A stretch of DNA of 64,000 bases from Macrostomum lignano (lineage: Eukaryota): assembly GCA_002269645.1 (NCBI GenBank), contig NIVC01000232.1:319684-383683 (forward strand), given 5' to 3'. Below the pieces are notes generated by a model, which searched no databases, was not told where the DNA came from, and was given only the letters and a program-made list of their open reading frames with translations. Below are positions 13,001 through 26,105 of the stretch, one piece after another (position 1 is the stretch's first letter; each line of letters begins with the position of its first letter). The translations under genes were made by a program, and so were the position numbers.

Positions 13001-16000
13001 TGTTAGATAAATAGAATCACCTGTTAGATAAATAGAATCACCTGTTAGATCATTAGAATCACCTGTTAGATCATTAGAATCACCTGTTAGATATATAGAA
13101 TCACCTGTTAGATAAATAGAATCACCTGTTAGATAAATAGAATCACCTGTTAGATAATTAAAATCACCTGTTAGATAAATAGAATCACCTGTTAGATCAT
13201 TAGAACCACCTGTTAGATCATTAGAATCACCTGTTAGATCATTTAAAATCACCTGTTAGATCATTAGAATCACCTGTTAGATCATTTAAAATCACCTGTT
13301 AGATAAATAGAATCACCTGATAGATAAATAGAATCACCTGTTAGATAAATAGAATCACCTGTTAGATCATTTAGAATCACCTGTTAGATAAATAGAATCA
13401 CCTGTTAGATAAATAGAATCACCTGTTAGATAAATAGAATAACCTGTTAGATAAATAGAATCACCTGTTAGATGAATAGAATCACCTGTTAGATAAATAG
13501 AATCACCTGTTAGATAAATAGAATCACCTGTTAGATGAATAGAATCACCTGTAAGATGAATATAATTACCTGTTAGATAAATAGAATCACCTGTTAGATA
13601 AATAGAATCACCTGTTAGCCACACACCGCCACCACCCCCAGGTGTCGGACACCAGCGCCCAGCTGAAGCGGCAGAACGCCGACCTGACCGCAGCCCTGGA
13701 ACAAGCGAAAACTCGCGAGGTCAAATTCGACCAGGATCGAGCGGCCGATGCAGAAAAAGCGGCCAAATCCCGGCGGGAGCTCGAATCGAAAATGGACAAG
13801 CTGGTCAAGCAGTACGAGGCAACCGTTGACCAACTGTCTAGCGCTAATAAAGCTTTGGAGGCCTCCAAACTGCAGTTGATGAAGGATATTGAAGCTGCTA
13901 AGAAGAGTATTGAGCAACAGGAAGAGCTTATTAAACTGTTGGGTAAATCTTCCTACTGTTACAGATTTTCAGTATGGTGGGTATAAAAAAAAGTTGTAAA
14001 ATCCCCTAAAATATAAACCTACTAACAGTAGCATAATTTGCAAATTAATCGAAAAATTCGAAGCAAACTGGCTAGAAAAACACTTTTTTTTCCAGATCGA
14101 GTAAAAAATCGAGTCAAACAGGTGAGCAAACGAGACGACTTGAGCCTGGAGGATCTGGAACTGGCTGTGGGATCTGTGGGCGAACGATTGACAGACCTCA
14201 CTGATCAGTTATGCCAAGCCAGAGAAGAAAGCCAAGCGACAGCTACGCAATGCGAAAATCTTGCCAGACAGAACGAATCTCTTCAAGCCAAGCATCGAAT
14301 GACGGCTGAGCGAGTTGCAGAGCTCTCTGCAGAGAATGAGCAGCTTAAAGAAGCCTTAGACGAACTGGAAGAGTTCAAGGATAATCATCGAAGCTCTGGG
14401 AAAGACTTGGAGAAGGAACTCGTGGCGGCTAAGATGCAGAATAAGGAATCTGAGGTAAGGATTTCGGTTGCTAGGGCCGCTTAAATAGTTGTCAAGGCCT
14501 CTAAATTAGTTGCTAGGGCCGCTAAATTAGTTGCTAGGGCCGCTAAATTAGTTGCTAGGGCCGCTAAATTAGTTGCTAGGGCCGCTAAATTAGTTGCTAG
14601 GGCCGCTAAATTAGTTGCTAGGGCCGCTAAATTAGTTGCTAGGGCCGCTAAATTAGTTGCTAGAGCCGCTTTATTGGTTCCTAAGGCCGCTGAATTAGTT
14701 GCTAGGGTCGCTTAACTGGTTGCTAGGGACGCTACATTGGTTGTAAGACTTTTAAGGCTTAAATTGTTGCTAATAGCCCTGAACTTGTTGTTAGGCGCGT
14801 GTTGAAGGGGTTACTATGGTTACGAAATGTCTCGCGCTAAAGGTGACAAATTGTTTTCTAGAGACGCTTAATTTGTTACTAGGATCACTAAATTGGTTGC
14901 TGAGCAGGCCTCATGCCTTATTTTATCGAGCATGATCGGTTACAATTTCAGATGCTAATCAAGACGCTAACAGAGGCTCAAGACAATCTCACTCTGTCTG
15001 TTCAGCGATTGAAATCTCAGGTGTCCGATTTGCAGACGGCGCTGCAAAAAAGCGAAGACGAGAAGCGACTGCTCATTGAGTATCCCGATCTCAATGGACC
15101 GGTTAACCAGGATGTGGAAGGTTTGTTTGGTAGCTTGGATCTTCGGTGTGAAGAGGGGGAGTGTAAGAGGGTGAAAGAGTGAGTGAGGGTGAGTGAGCGA
15201 GTGAGGGTGAGAGAGTGAGTGAGGGTGAGGGAGTGAGTGAGGGTGAGGGAGTGAGTGAGGGTGAGGGAGTGAGTGAGGGGAGGGAGTGAGTGAGGGGAGG
15301 GAGTGAGTGAGGGGAGGGAGTGAGTGAGGGGAGGGAGTGAGTGAGGGTGAGGGAACCATGTAGCCAATACAGATAGCAAACAAAGACGATAGAATTCAGC
15401 CATTATGAAAGATAAAAATAGAACCACTCAGTTTCAATTCTATGCTGATTAAATTTAATTTCTGACAATGAAGCAGATAAAAATTAAATGGATTCTGACT
15501 CTTTGGACAGACAATGATGATTTCAATTAAACTATTCATCCGGTTCCCGGACTACAGAAGCATGTAGCATGAAAATTTGTAAAAATAGACATTTCGATTT
15601 ATTGAAATGCACAAGCCACTGAAGGTATTCTGCACTGGCAAACAGTGCAAATTACAACTGGCAAATTTTGTTTGAGGCGTGTTTTAAATGCGAAATGCAT
15701 TTGCGAGGAAAGAGGATAAAAGAGAAAAGAGGATAGAGGAGAGGAGAGATTAGAGGAGAGTAGAAAAGAGAGGCGAGGATACAGTAGAAAGAGTTAGAAA
15801 ATATCGTTAACTGTCTAGAAGTGTACATTTTGAAGCAAAGTAAAAGCAATAAGACTGTTAAAGCTTTCTCTCCAAAGCTTTAAGCCGGATATTTTGTGCT
15901 TAAAATTGGAACAAAGAAACTTTCACTTTAATTATCCCTTTGCTTAAGCCTAATTGCCCCATTTAACCTCACGTGACCTGAAGGCACAGGCGACCCGCTA

Positions 16001-19000
16001 GCGGACATGCGACAGCAGGTATTCGCCAACGAGACTCGAATCAGATTATTGACTGAGCAAACTTCGAGCATGAGGCGAGCGCTGGAAAGAGTTGGCAAGA
16101 GGCCTGAGTTGCCAGCTAGCAGCGAACAGGTGGATCAGCATGAGGATGACAGCATGCACCTGCCTCCCATTCACCAGCCCGTGTCAAAGCCTCCGCCAGC
16201 ACCTGCGGCAGCTCGGCTAGGCGCTTGGCAACAAAAACAGCAGCCTCATCAGGCGGCATTTCAAGCTGGAAAAGATGTAGAGGACGAGCGGAGGTGCGTG
16301 GGTTGATTGCTCACCCACTGTTGGGAAGAATTGTCTTGTGGGAAATCAGTTATTACAGGATCAGAAAATTATAACACGAATCAAGACACCAGGAGGGGAA
16401 TCAAGACGCCAGGAGGGGAATCAAGACACCAGGAGGGGAATCAAGACACCAGGAGGGGAATCAAGACACCAGGAGGGGAATCAAGACACCAGGAGGGGAA
16501 TCAAGACACCAGGAGGGGAATCAAGACACCAGGAGGGGAATCAAGACACCAGGAGGGGAATCAAGACACCAGGAGGGGAATCAAGACACCAGGAGGGGAA
16601 TCAAGACACCAGGAGGGGAATCAAGACACCAGGAGGGGAATCAAGACATCAGGAGGGGAATCAAGACACCAGGAGGGGAATCAAGACACCAGGAGGGGAA
16701 TCAAGACACCAGGAGGGGAAGCAAGACACCAGGAGGGGAATCAAGACACCAGGAGGGGAATCAAGACACCAGGAGGGGAATCAAGACACCAGGAGGGGAA
16801 TCAAGACACCAGGAGGGGAATCAAGACACAGGGAGGGGAATCAAGACACCAGGAGGGGAATCAAGACCCAGGGAGGGGAATCAAGACACAGGGAGGGGAA
16901 TCAAGACACCAGGAAGGGAATCAAGACACCAGGAGGGGAATCAAGACACAGGGAGGGGAATCAAGACACAGGGAGGGGAATCAAGACACAGGGAGGGGAA
17001 TCAAGACACAGGGAGGGGAATCAAGACACCAGGAGGGGAATCAAGACACGGGGAGGGGAATCAAGACACCAGGAGGGGAATCAAGATACAAGGAGGGGAA
17101 TCAAGACACCAGGAGGGGAATCAAGACACCAGGAGGGGAATCAAGACACCAGGAGGGGAATCAAGACACCAGGAGGGGAATCAAGACACCAGGAGGGGAA
17201 TCAAGACACCAGGAGGGGAATCAAGACACCAGGAGGGGAATCAAGACCCAGGGAGGGGAATCAAGACACCAGGAGGGGAATCAAGACCCAGGGAGGGGAA
17301 TCAAGACACCAGGAGGGGAATCAAGACCCAGGGAGGGGAATCAAGACACCAGGAGGGGAATCAAGACCCAGGGAGGGGAATCAAGACACAGGGAGGGGAA
17401 TCAAGACACCAGGAGGGGAATCAAGACCCAGGGAGGGGAATCAAGACACCAGGAGGGGAATCAAGACACAGGGAGGGGAATCAAGACACAGGGAGGGGAA
17501 TCAAGACACCAGGAGGGGAATCAAGACCCAGGGAGGGGAATCAAGACACCAGGAGGGGAATCAAGACCCAGGGAGGGGAATCAAGACACCAGGAGGGGAA
17601 TCAAGACACCAGGAGGGGAATTAAGACACCAGGAGGGGAATCAAGACACCAGGAGGGGAATCAAGACCCAGGGAGGGGAATCAAGACACCAGGAGGGGAA
17701 TCAAGACCCAGGGAGGGGAATCAAGACACCAGGAGGGGAATCAAGACCCAGGGAGGGGAATCAAGACACCAGGAGGGGAATCAAGACCCAGGGAGGGGAA
17801 TCAAGACACAGGGAGGGGAATCAAGACACCAGGAGGGGAATCAAGACCCAGGGAGGGAATCAAGACACCAGGAGGGGAATCAAGACACAGGGAGGGGAAT
17901 CAAGACACAGGGAGGGGAATCAAGACACCAGGAGGGGAATCAAGACCCAGGGAGGGGAATCAAGACACCAGGAGGGGAATCAAGACCCAGGGAGGGGAAT
18001 CAAGACACCAGGAGGGGAATCAAGACACCAGTAGGGGAATCAAGACACCAGGAGGGGAATCAAGACCCAGGGAGGGGAATCAAGACACCAGGAGGGGAAT
18101 CAAGACACCAGGAGGGGAATCAAGACACCAGGAGGGGAATCAAGACACCAGGAGGGGAATCAAGACACCAGGAGGGGAATCAAGACCCAGGGAGGGGAAT
18201 CAAGACACAAGGGGAATCAAGACACCAGTAGGGGAATCAAGACACCAGGAGGGGAATCAAGACCCAGGGAGGGGAATCAAGATACCAGGAGGGGAATCAA
18301 GACACCAGGAGGGGAATCAAGACCCAGGGAGGGGAATCAAGACACCAGGAGGGGAATCAAGACCCAGGGAGGGGAATCAAGACACCAGGAGGGGAATCAA
18401 GACCCAGGGAGGGGAATCAAGACACCAGGAGGGGAATCAAGACCCAGGGAGGGGAATCAAGACACCAGGAGGGGAATCAAGACCCAGGGAGGGGAATCAA
18501 GACACAGGGAGGGGAATCAAGACACCAGGAGGGGAATCAAGACCCAGGGAGGGGAATCAAGACACCAGGAGGGGAATCAAGACACAGGGAGGGGAATCAA
18601 GACACAGGGAGGGGAATCAAGACACCAGGAGGGGAATCAAGACCCAGGGAGGGGAATCAAGACACCAGGAGGGGAATCAAGACCCAGGGAGGGGAATCAA
18701 GACACAAGGGGAATCAAGACACCAGTAGGGGAATCAAGACCACAGGAGGGGAATCAAGACCCAGGGAGGGGAATCAAGACACCAGGAGGGGAATCAAGAC
18801 ACCAGGAGGGGAATCAAGACACCAGGAGGGGAATCAAGACACCAGGAGGGGAATCAAGACACCAGGAGGGGAATCAAGACCCAGGGAGGGGAATCAAGAC
18901 ACAAGGGGAATCAAGACACCAGTAGGGGAATCAAGACACCAGGAGGGGAATCAAGACCCAGGGAGGGGAATCAAGACACCAGGAGGGGAATCAAGACACC

Positions 19001-21997
19001 AGGAGGGGAATCAAGACACCAGGAGGGGAATCAAGACACCAGGAGGGGAATCAAGACACCAGGAGGGGAATCAAGACACCAGGAGGGGAATCAAGACCCA
19101 GGGAGGGGAATCAAGACACAAGGGGAATCAAGACACCAGTAGGGGAATCAAGACACCAGGAGGGGAATCAAGATACCAGGAGGGGAATCAAGACACCAGG
19201 AGGGGAATCAAGACACCAGGAGGGGAATCAAGACACCAGGAGGGGAATCAAGACACCAGGAAGGGAATCAATACACAAGGAGGGGAATCAAGACACCAGG
19301 AGGGGAAGCAAGACACCAGGAGGGGAAGCAAGACACCAGGAGGGGAATCAAGACACCAGGAGGGGAATCAAGACACCAGGAGGGGAATCAAGACACCAGG
19401 AGGGGAATCAAGACACCAGGAGGGGAATCAAGACACCAGGAGGGGAATCAACACCAGGAGGGAATCAAGACACCAGGAGGGGAATCAAGACACCAGGAGG
19501 GGAATCAACACCAGGAGGGAATCAAGACACAGGGAGGGGAATCAAGACACCAGGAGGGGAATCAAGACACAGGGAGGGGAATCAAGACACAGGGAGGGGA
19601 ATCAAGACACAGGGAGGGGAATCAAGACACAGGGAGGGGAATCAAGACACAGGGAGGGGAATCAAGACACAGGGAGGGGAATCAAGACACCAGGAGGGGA
19701 ATCAAGACACGGGGAGGGGAATCAAGACACCAGGAGGGGAATCAAGATACAAGGAGGGGAATCAAGACACCAGGAGGGGAATCAAGACACCAGGAGAGGA
19801 ATCAAGACACCAGGAGGGGAATCAAGACACCAGGAGGGGAATCAAGACACCAGGAGGGGAATCAAGACACCAGGAGGGGAATCAAGACACCAGGAGGGGA
19901 ATCAAGACACCAGGAGGGGAATCAAGACACCAGGAGGGGAATCAAGACACCAGGAGGGGAATCAAGACACCAGGAGGGGAATCAAGACACCAGGAGGGGA
20001 ATCAAGACACCAGGAGGGGAATCAAGACACCAGGAGGGGAATCAAGACACCAGGAGGGGAATCAAGACACAGGGAGGGGAATCAAGACACCAGGAGGGGA
20101 ATCAAGACACAGGGAGGGGAATCAAGACACCAGGAGGGGAATCAAGACACAGGGAGGGGAATCAAGACACAGGGAGGGGAATCAAGACACCAGGAGGGGA
20201 ATCAAGACACAGGGAGGGGAATCAAGACACAGGGAGGGGAATCAAGACACCAGGAGGGGAATCAAGACACAGAGAGGGGAATCAAGACACAGGGAGGGGA
20301 ATCAATACACCAGGAGGGGAATCAAGACACAGAGAGGGGAATCAAGACACAGGGAGGGGAATCAAGACACCAGGAGGGGAATCAACACCAGGAGGGAATC
20401 AAGACACAGGGAGGGGAATCAAGACACCAGGAGGGGAATCAAGACACAGGGAGGGGAATCAAGACACCAGGAGGGGAATCAAGACACAGGGAGGGGAATC
20501 AAGACACCAGGAGGGGAATCAAGACACAGGGAGGGAATCAAGACACCAGGAGGGGAATCAAGACACGGGGAGGGGAATCAAGACACCAGGAGGGAAATCA
20601 AGACACAGGGAGGGGAATCAAGACACAGGGAGGGGAATCAAGACACCAGGAGGGGAATCAAGACACAGAGAGGGGAATCAAGACACAGGGAGGGGAATCA
20701 AGACACCAGGAGGGGAATCAAGACACAGAGAGGGGAATCAAGACACAGGGAGGGGAATCAAGACACCAGGAGGGGAATCAACACCAGGAGGGAATCAAGA
20801 CACAGGGAGGGGAATCAAGACACCAGGAGGGGAATCAAGACACAGGGAGGGGAATCAAGACACCAGGAGGGGAATCAAGACACAGGGAGGGGAATCAAGA
20901 CACAGGGAGGGGAATCAAGACACCAGGAGGGGAATCAAGACACGGGGAGGGGAATCAAGACACCAGGAGGGAAATCAAGACACAGGGAGGGGAATCAAGA
21001 CACAGGGAGGGGAATCAAGACACCAGGAGGGGAATCAAGACACAGAGAGGGGAATCAAGACACAGGGAGGGGAATCAAGACACCAGGAGGGGAATCAAGA
21101 CACAGAGAGGGGAATCAAGACACAGGGAGGGGAATCAAGACACCAGGAGGGGAATCAAGACACAGAGAGGGGAATCAAGACACAGGGAGGGGAATCAAGA
21201 CACCAGGAGGGGAATCAAGACACAGGGAGGGGAATCAAGACACGAGGAGGGGAATCAAGACACCAGGAGGGGAATCAAGACACCAGGAGGGAATCAAGAC
21301 ACAGGGAGGGGAATCAAGACACCAGGAGGGGAATCAAGACACAGGGAGGGGAATCAAGACACAGGGAGGGGAATCAAGACACAGGGAGGGGAATCAAGAC
21401 ACAGGGAGGGGAATCAAGACACAGGGAGGGGAATCAAGACACCAGTAGGGGAATCAAGACACGAGGAGGGGAATCAAGACACCAGAAGGGGAATCAAGAC
21501 ACCATTTATCTCTCATAAATCCAATTTTGTATAAAAACAATTTCAGCGACTCAGACTCATCAAGCCATCAGGAGCAGCCGTTTGGCTCCCGTCAGTCAGC
21601 CAGAAGAATATCAGATCCGGTGCCTCTGTGGCAGCTTCAGCAACAACAACAACAACAACAACAGCAAGAACATCAGCACCAGGCTCATTCCAAACCACCT
21701 CAGATGCCTTCAGACCAAGCCAAGCGCAGCGGCAGCGCCGGCCGCCCCAACTCTGCAGCCAGCGGCGCCGCCAAAGGCGCCAACAGCGGGAACTCCTCGA
21801 CATCAGCTCTGCAAGCCTACAAGCGGGCTAAAGCAGCTACCGGTTCTGCTGCATCATCATCATCAGCATCCCCTGCTCTAGCTTGGTCGGCATCTCCTCG
21901 CAGAGAAATCGTTTACCCCTGCGCCAAGTGCAATAAACCGTTTAAGCTGAAAAGCGACTTGGCTGTGCATAAGAACTACTGCTCTGGAAAGACTTGA
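10016..21997 (+). CDS. CCDC157: Coiled-coil domain-containing protein 157, 796 aa; exons 10016-10263, 10930-11107, 12021-12395, 13642-13942, 14096-14454, 14952-15120, 15984-16293, 21547-21997
   Basis: The N-terminus MAHLLGSEYC...GPV..SWKFPD..ACDLD...SHIVLLELVIDR matches the CCDC157 N-terminus as recalled. Long coiled coil; EYPDLNGP and GDPLADM motifs. All junctions are GT-AG and phase-consistent, totalling 2391 nt. The exon 7 acceptor could alternatively be 15990. Confidence 0.88.
10299..10835. repeat. Intronic 20-bp minisatellite AGGTATTCACTTCAGGACAC
   Basis: Seen directly, CCDC157 intron 1. Confidence 0.95.
11197..11905. repeat. Intronic ~23-bp minisatellite GGCGCCAATTTCAGTATCAAAAA
   Basis: Seen directly, CCDC157 intron 2. 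Confidence 0.93.
12403..13618. repeat. Intronic 21-22 bp minisatellite GAATCACCTGTTAGATCATTTA
   Basis: Fills almost all of CCDC157 intron 3. Confidence 0.95.
14466..14760. repeat. Intronic 21-bp minisatellite AATTAGTTGCTAGGGCCGCTA
   Basis: Starts just after the exon 5 donor and decays downstream. Confidence 0.9.
15172..15352. repeat. GAGT/GAGG purine-rich simple repeat
   Basis: Seen directly, CCDC157 intron 6. Confidence 0.85.
16378..21503. repeat. 5.1-kb intronic 20-bp minisatellite GGAGGGGAATCAAGACACCA
   Basis: About 250 units; occupies nearly all of CCDC157 intron 7 (16294-21546); explains the 575/428 aa repeat ORFs. Confidence 0.98.
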
Positions 21998-22132
21998 ATT
22001 AAGTTGTAAAGTAACTGTGCTTTGATGTGTTGTTTATGTAGGTATGCGATTTGGACATGTACAATGTACATACATCCTTAATCTTTGGCCAATACTTGTA
22101 GCTAAACCAATTAACCTTAGATAATGTATTAA

Positions 22133-22605
22133 ACCATCCCTAGCCTTTGGGGCCAATTTAAACCATCCTTGGCGCTAATTTAAATCATCCTTGGCGCTAT
22201 TTTAAACCATCCTTGGCGCTAATTTAAATCATCCTTGGCGCTAATTTAAACTATCCTTGGCGCTAATTTAAATCATCCTTGGCGCTAATTTAAACCATCC
22301 TTGGCGCCAATTTAAACCATCCTTGGCGCTAATTTAAACCATCCTTGGCGCTAATTTAAACCATCCTTGGCGCTAATTTAAACCATCCTTGGCCTTGGCG
22401 CCAATTTAAACCATTCTGGGCGCCAATTTAAACCATTCTGGGCGCCAATTTAAACCATCCTTTGATGCTAGTTTAAACCATCTTTGGCTTCGGCGCCAAT
22501 TCAAACCAACCTTGGCGCCAATTTAAACCATCCTTTGACGCTAATTTAAACCATCTTTGGCGCTTGTTTAAACCATCCTTGGCCTTGGCGCCAATTTAAA
22601 CCCCC
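22133..22605. repeat. ~22-bp minisatellite TTGGCGCTAATTTAAACCATCC
   Basis: Seen directly, just 3' of CCDC157. Confidence 0.9.
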
Positions 22606-23332
22606 TTGACCTTCACGTATTACCCTACAAAGTCCAACACTTGGGTGCAAAAACTTTAGAATACCTTGGTTTATTATTTGTACTTTTACATTTTGCATTA
22701 GATCAATATACGTATAAGTTTTTTAGAAATCAAATGCTTGCGGTCTTGCTTAAAAAACTGTGAAATTCTTCTTTGTTAATTGCAGTATCGAAATATATAT
22801 GTCATTTTCCTGTAACTGGAGCAATGTAAGTGGCATTGAGTCATTTTAATTAAAAAACTTTTTTATCTGCAAACTCGGTGCTACCTACCTAACTTTGATG
22901 ATGGGAATTTCACCAGAGCATTAACGTCAAAAAGCTTGCTACTAATGCTGCAGTATTAGTACTTTTCACTAGCTAGAGGCCCGAGAATTCATTTTTTCGA
23001 CCCGAGCATTGATCGCTAGGACAAAGGCTCAGCTGCTACACCCCATGCAGTCAATGCATGCTTCCGTGGCTTAGATGCATCATCATCTGAGCATAATAGC
23101 AACTTAATCCCTCTGGAAATAATTGCCTTCCGGACAAGACTAAGCTGTGTTTGTTTTAGTATTCAGAAGTTGTTTGAGTTCTCTTTGTGGGAATCTGTTT
23201 TTCTTTTTCTTCATTCAAATAATTTCTAGAATTCAGGAATGAATTTCAACATACATGTAATGTAATTGTCTTAGACAAACAAATTAAGGAACTAACTAAT
23301 AATACAGTATTTGAAGTCAATCTTGATATGAA

Positions 23333-24352
23333 TTTGGTCACTCTGACTTTGGTTACTCTGAATTTCTGTCACTCTGATTTTGGTCACTCTGATTTTGGTC
23401 ACTCTGATTTTGGTCACTCTGATTTTGGTCACTCTGATTTAGGTCACTCTGAATTCGGTCACTCTGAATTTCTGTCACTCTGATTTAGGTCACTCTGAAT
23501 TCGGTCACTCTGAATTTCTGTCACTCTGATTTAGGTCACTCTGAATTCGGTCACTCTGAATTTCTGTCACTCTGATTTAGGTCACTTTGAATTCGGTCAC
23601 TCTGATTTCGCTCACTCAAAATTCGGTCACTCTGATATTCATCACTCTGAATTTGGTCACTCTGCGAATTTGGTCGCAATGAATCCGGTCAATCTGATTT
23701 TAGTCACTTTGATTTCCGTCACTCTGATTTGGTCACTCTGATTTCAGTCACTCTGATTTCAGTCACTCTGAATTTGGCCACTCTGAAGTTGTTCACTCTG
23801 ATTTTGGTCACTCTAATTTCGGTCACTCTGATTTTGGTCACTCTGAATTTGGTCACTCTGATTTTGGTCACTCTGAATTTGGTCACTCTGATTTTGGTCA
23901 CTCTGAATTTGGTCACTCTGAATTTGGTCACTCTGAATTTGGTCACTCTGATTTTGGTCACTCTGATTTCGGTCACTCTGATTTTGGTCACTCTGATTTT
24001 GGTCAATCTGAATTTGGTCACTCTAAAGTTGGTCACTCTGATTTTGGTCACTCTGATTTTGGTCAGTCTGATTTTGGTCACTCTGATTTTGGTCACTCTG
24101 ATTTTGGTCACTCTGATTTCGGTCACTCTGAAGTTGGTCACTCTGATTTCGGTCACTCTGATTTCGGTCACTCTGATTTCGGTCACTCTGATTTTGGTCA
24201 CTGATTTTGGTCACTCTGAATTTGGTCACTGATTTTGGTCACTCTGATTTTGGTCACTCTGAATTTGGTCACTCTGATTTTGGTCACTCTGATTTTGGTC
24301 ACTCTGATTTCGGTCACTCGGAATTTGGTCACTCTGATTTTGGTCACTCTCA
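23333..24352. repeat. 15-bp minisatellite TTTGGTCACTCTGAT
   Basis: Seen directly. Confidence 0.95.
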
Positions 24353-24724
24353 TTGGTTTTCACTGCTCAAATCAGTTAAACTGACACGAGAATTGAAGGA
24401 TTTGTTTTATCAAAAAAATTCTTCCGGATGTTTTATCTCATCTCCGCGAATCGAAACATCTTCTATCCTAAGCCAGCTGCAACTACACGAAATACATTGG
24501 ATAAAATCCAGTTGTTCTCTTACTGTGCGCTCATCAATTGAAATGCAACACCCGTTCTGTAGCAGGTTCTCGGGTATTAGTGGCTTGCAAGGGATCTCTG
24601 CTCAATTTGCGCGACAAAAAAGAAACACTGGATATCGTTCTGTGCTTGCTTTTAGAGGCTGCAGATTGCTTGAGACAGGCAAATCGATCAATCAAAGGCA
24701 CTCGCTCTGATATTCACTGACACA

Positions 24725-25849
24725 AAGTCACTCATGAACTCATGCAGTCACTCATGAACTCATACAGTCACTCATGAGCTCATACAGTCACTAATGACCT
24801 CATAAAGTCACTCATGACCTCATACAGTCACTCATGAGCTCATACAGTCACTCATGACCTCATACAGTCACTCATGAATTCATAATGTCACTCATGACCT
24901 CATACAGTCACTCATTAACTCATACAGTCACTCATGAACTCATACAGTCACTCATGAACTCATACAGTCACTCATGAACTCATACAGTCACTCATGAACT
25001 CATACAGTCACTCATGATCTCATTCAGTCACTCATGAACTCATTCAGTCACTCATGAACTCATTCAGTCACTCATGAACTCATTCAGTCACTCATGAACT
25101 CATACAGTCACTCATTAACTCATACAGTCACTCATGAACTCATTCAGTCACTCATGAACTCATTCAGTCACTCATGAACTCATTCAGTCACTCATGGACT
25201 CATTCAGTCACTCATGACCTCATACAGTCACTCATTAACTCATTTATTCACTCATGAACTCATTCAGTCACTCATGAACTCATTCAGTCACTCATTAACT
25301 CATACAGTCACTCATGAACTCATTCAGTCACTCATGAACTCATTCAGTCACTCATGAACTCATTCAGTCACTCATGAACTCATACAGTCACTCATTAACT
25401 CATACAGTCACTCATGAACTCATTTAGTCACTCATGAACTCATTCAGTCACTCATGAACTCATTCAGTCACTCATGAACTCATTCAGTCACTCATGAACT
25501 CATACAGTCACTCTTGAACTCATACTGTCACTCATGAACTCATTTAGTTACTCATGAACTCATACAGTCACTCATTAAATCATACAGTCACTCATGAACT
25601 CATATAGTCACTCATGAACTCATACAGTCACTCATGAACTCATTCAGTCACTCATGAACTCATTCAGTCACTCATGAACTCATACAGTCACTCTTGAACT
25701 CATACTGTCACTCATGAACTCATTTAGTTACTCATGAACTCATACAGTCACTCATTAAATCATACAGTCACTCATGAACTCATACAGTCACTCATGAACT
25801 CATACAGTCACTCATGAAGTCATACAGTCACTCATGAACTCATACAGTC
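24725..25849. repeat. 20-bp minisatellite CATACAGTCACTCATGAACT
   Basis: Seen directly. Confidence 0.95.
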
Positions 25850-26105
25850 CCTCCCTCATCTCCCTGCCATATTATCACTCAACAGACAAGATTATCCTAC
25901 TCATCTCATCCCCAGCCAACCAGCTTCTGTCCTGTAAGCCCTCATCCCCCATCCCTTCCCCCCTTCAATCAATAGAAAAGTCGTGCAACTCAGGTTTTTA
26001 AAACGCTGCATGCTGCCCCCCCGCAAAGCTTGTCTAGGGACAGATCAGAGTTTTAAAAAAGCTTTTTTTCTCTCTGCTAGCTCTGACATTGAATCCTCTT
26101 ATCAA

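Noticed and set aside
16307-18034. 575-aa and 428-aa ORFs
   Set aside because: They are translations of a 20-bp stop-free satellite inside CCDC157 intron 7.
23030-23092. Possible box C/D snoRNA on - (ATGATGA...CTGA)
   Set aside because: Only ~60 nt, the terminal stem is weak, I recognised no rRNA-complementary guide, and it is not in an intron.
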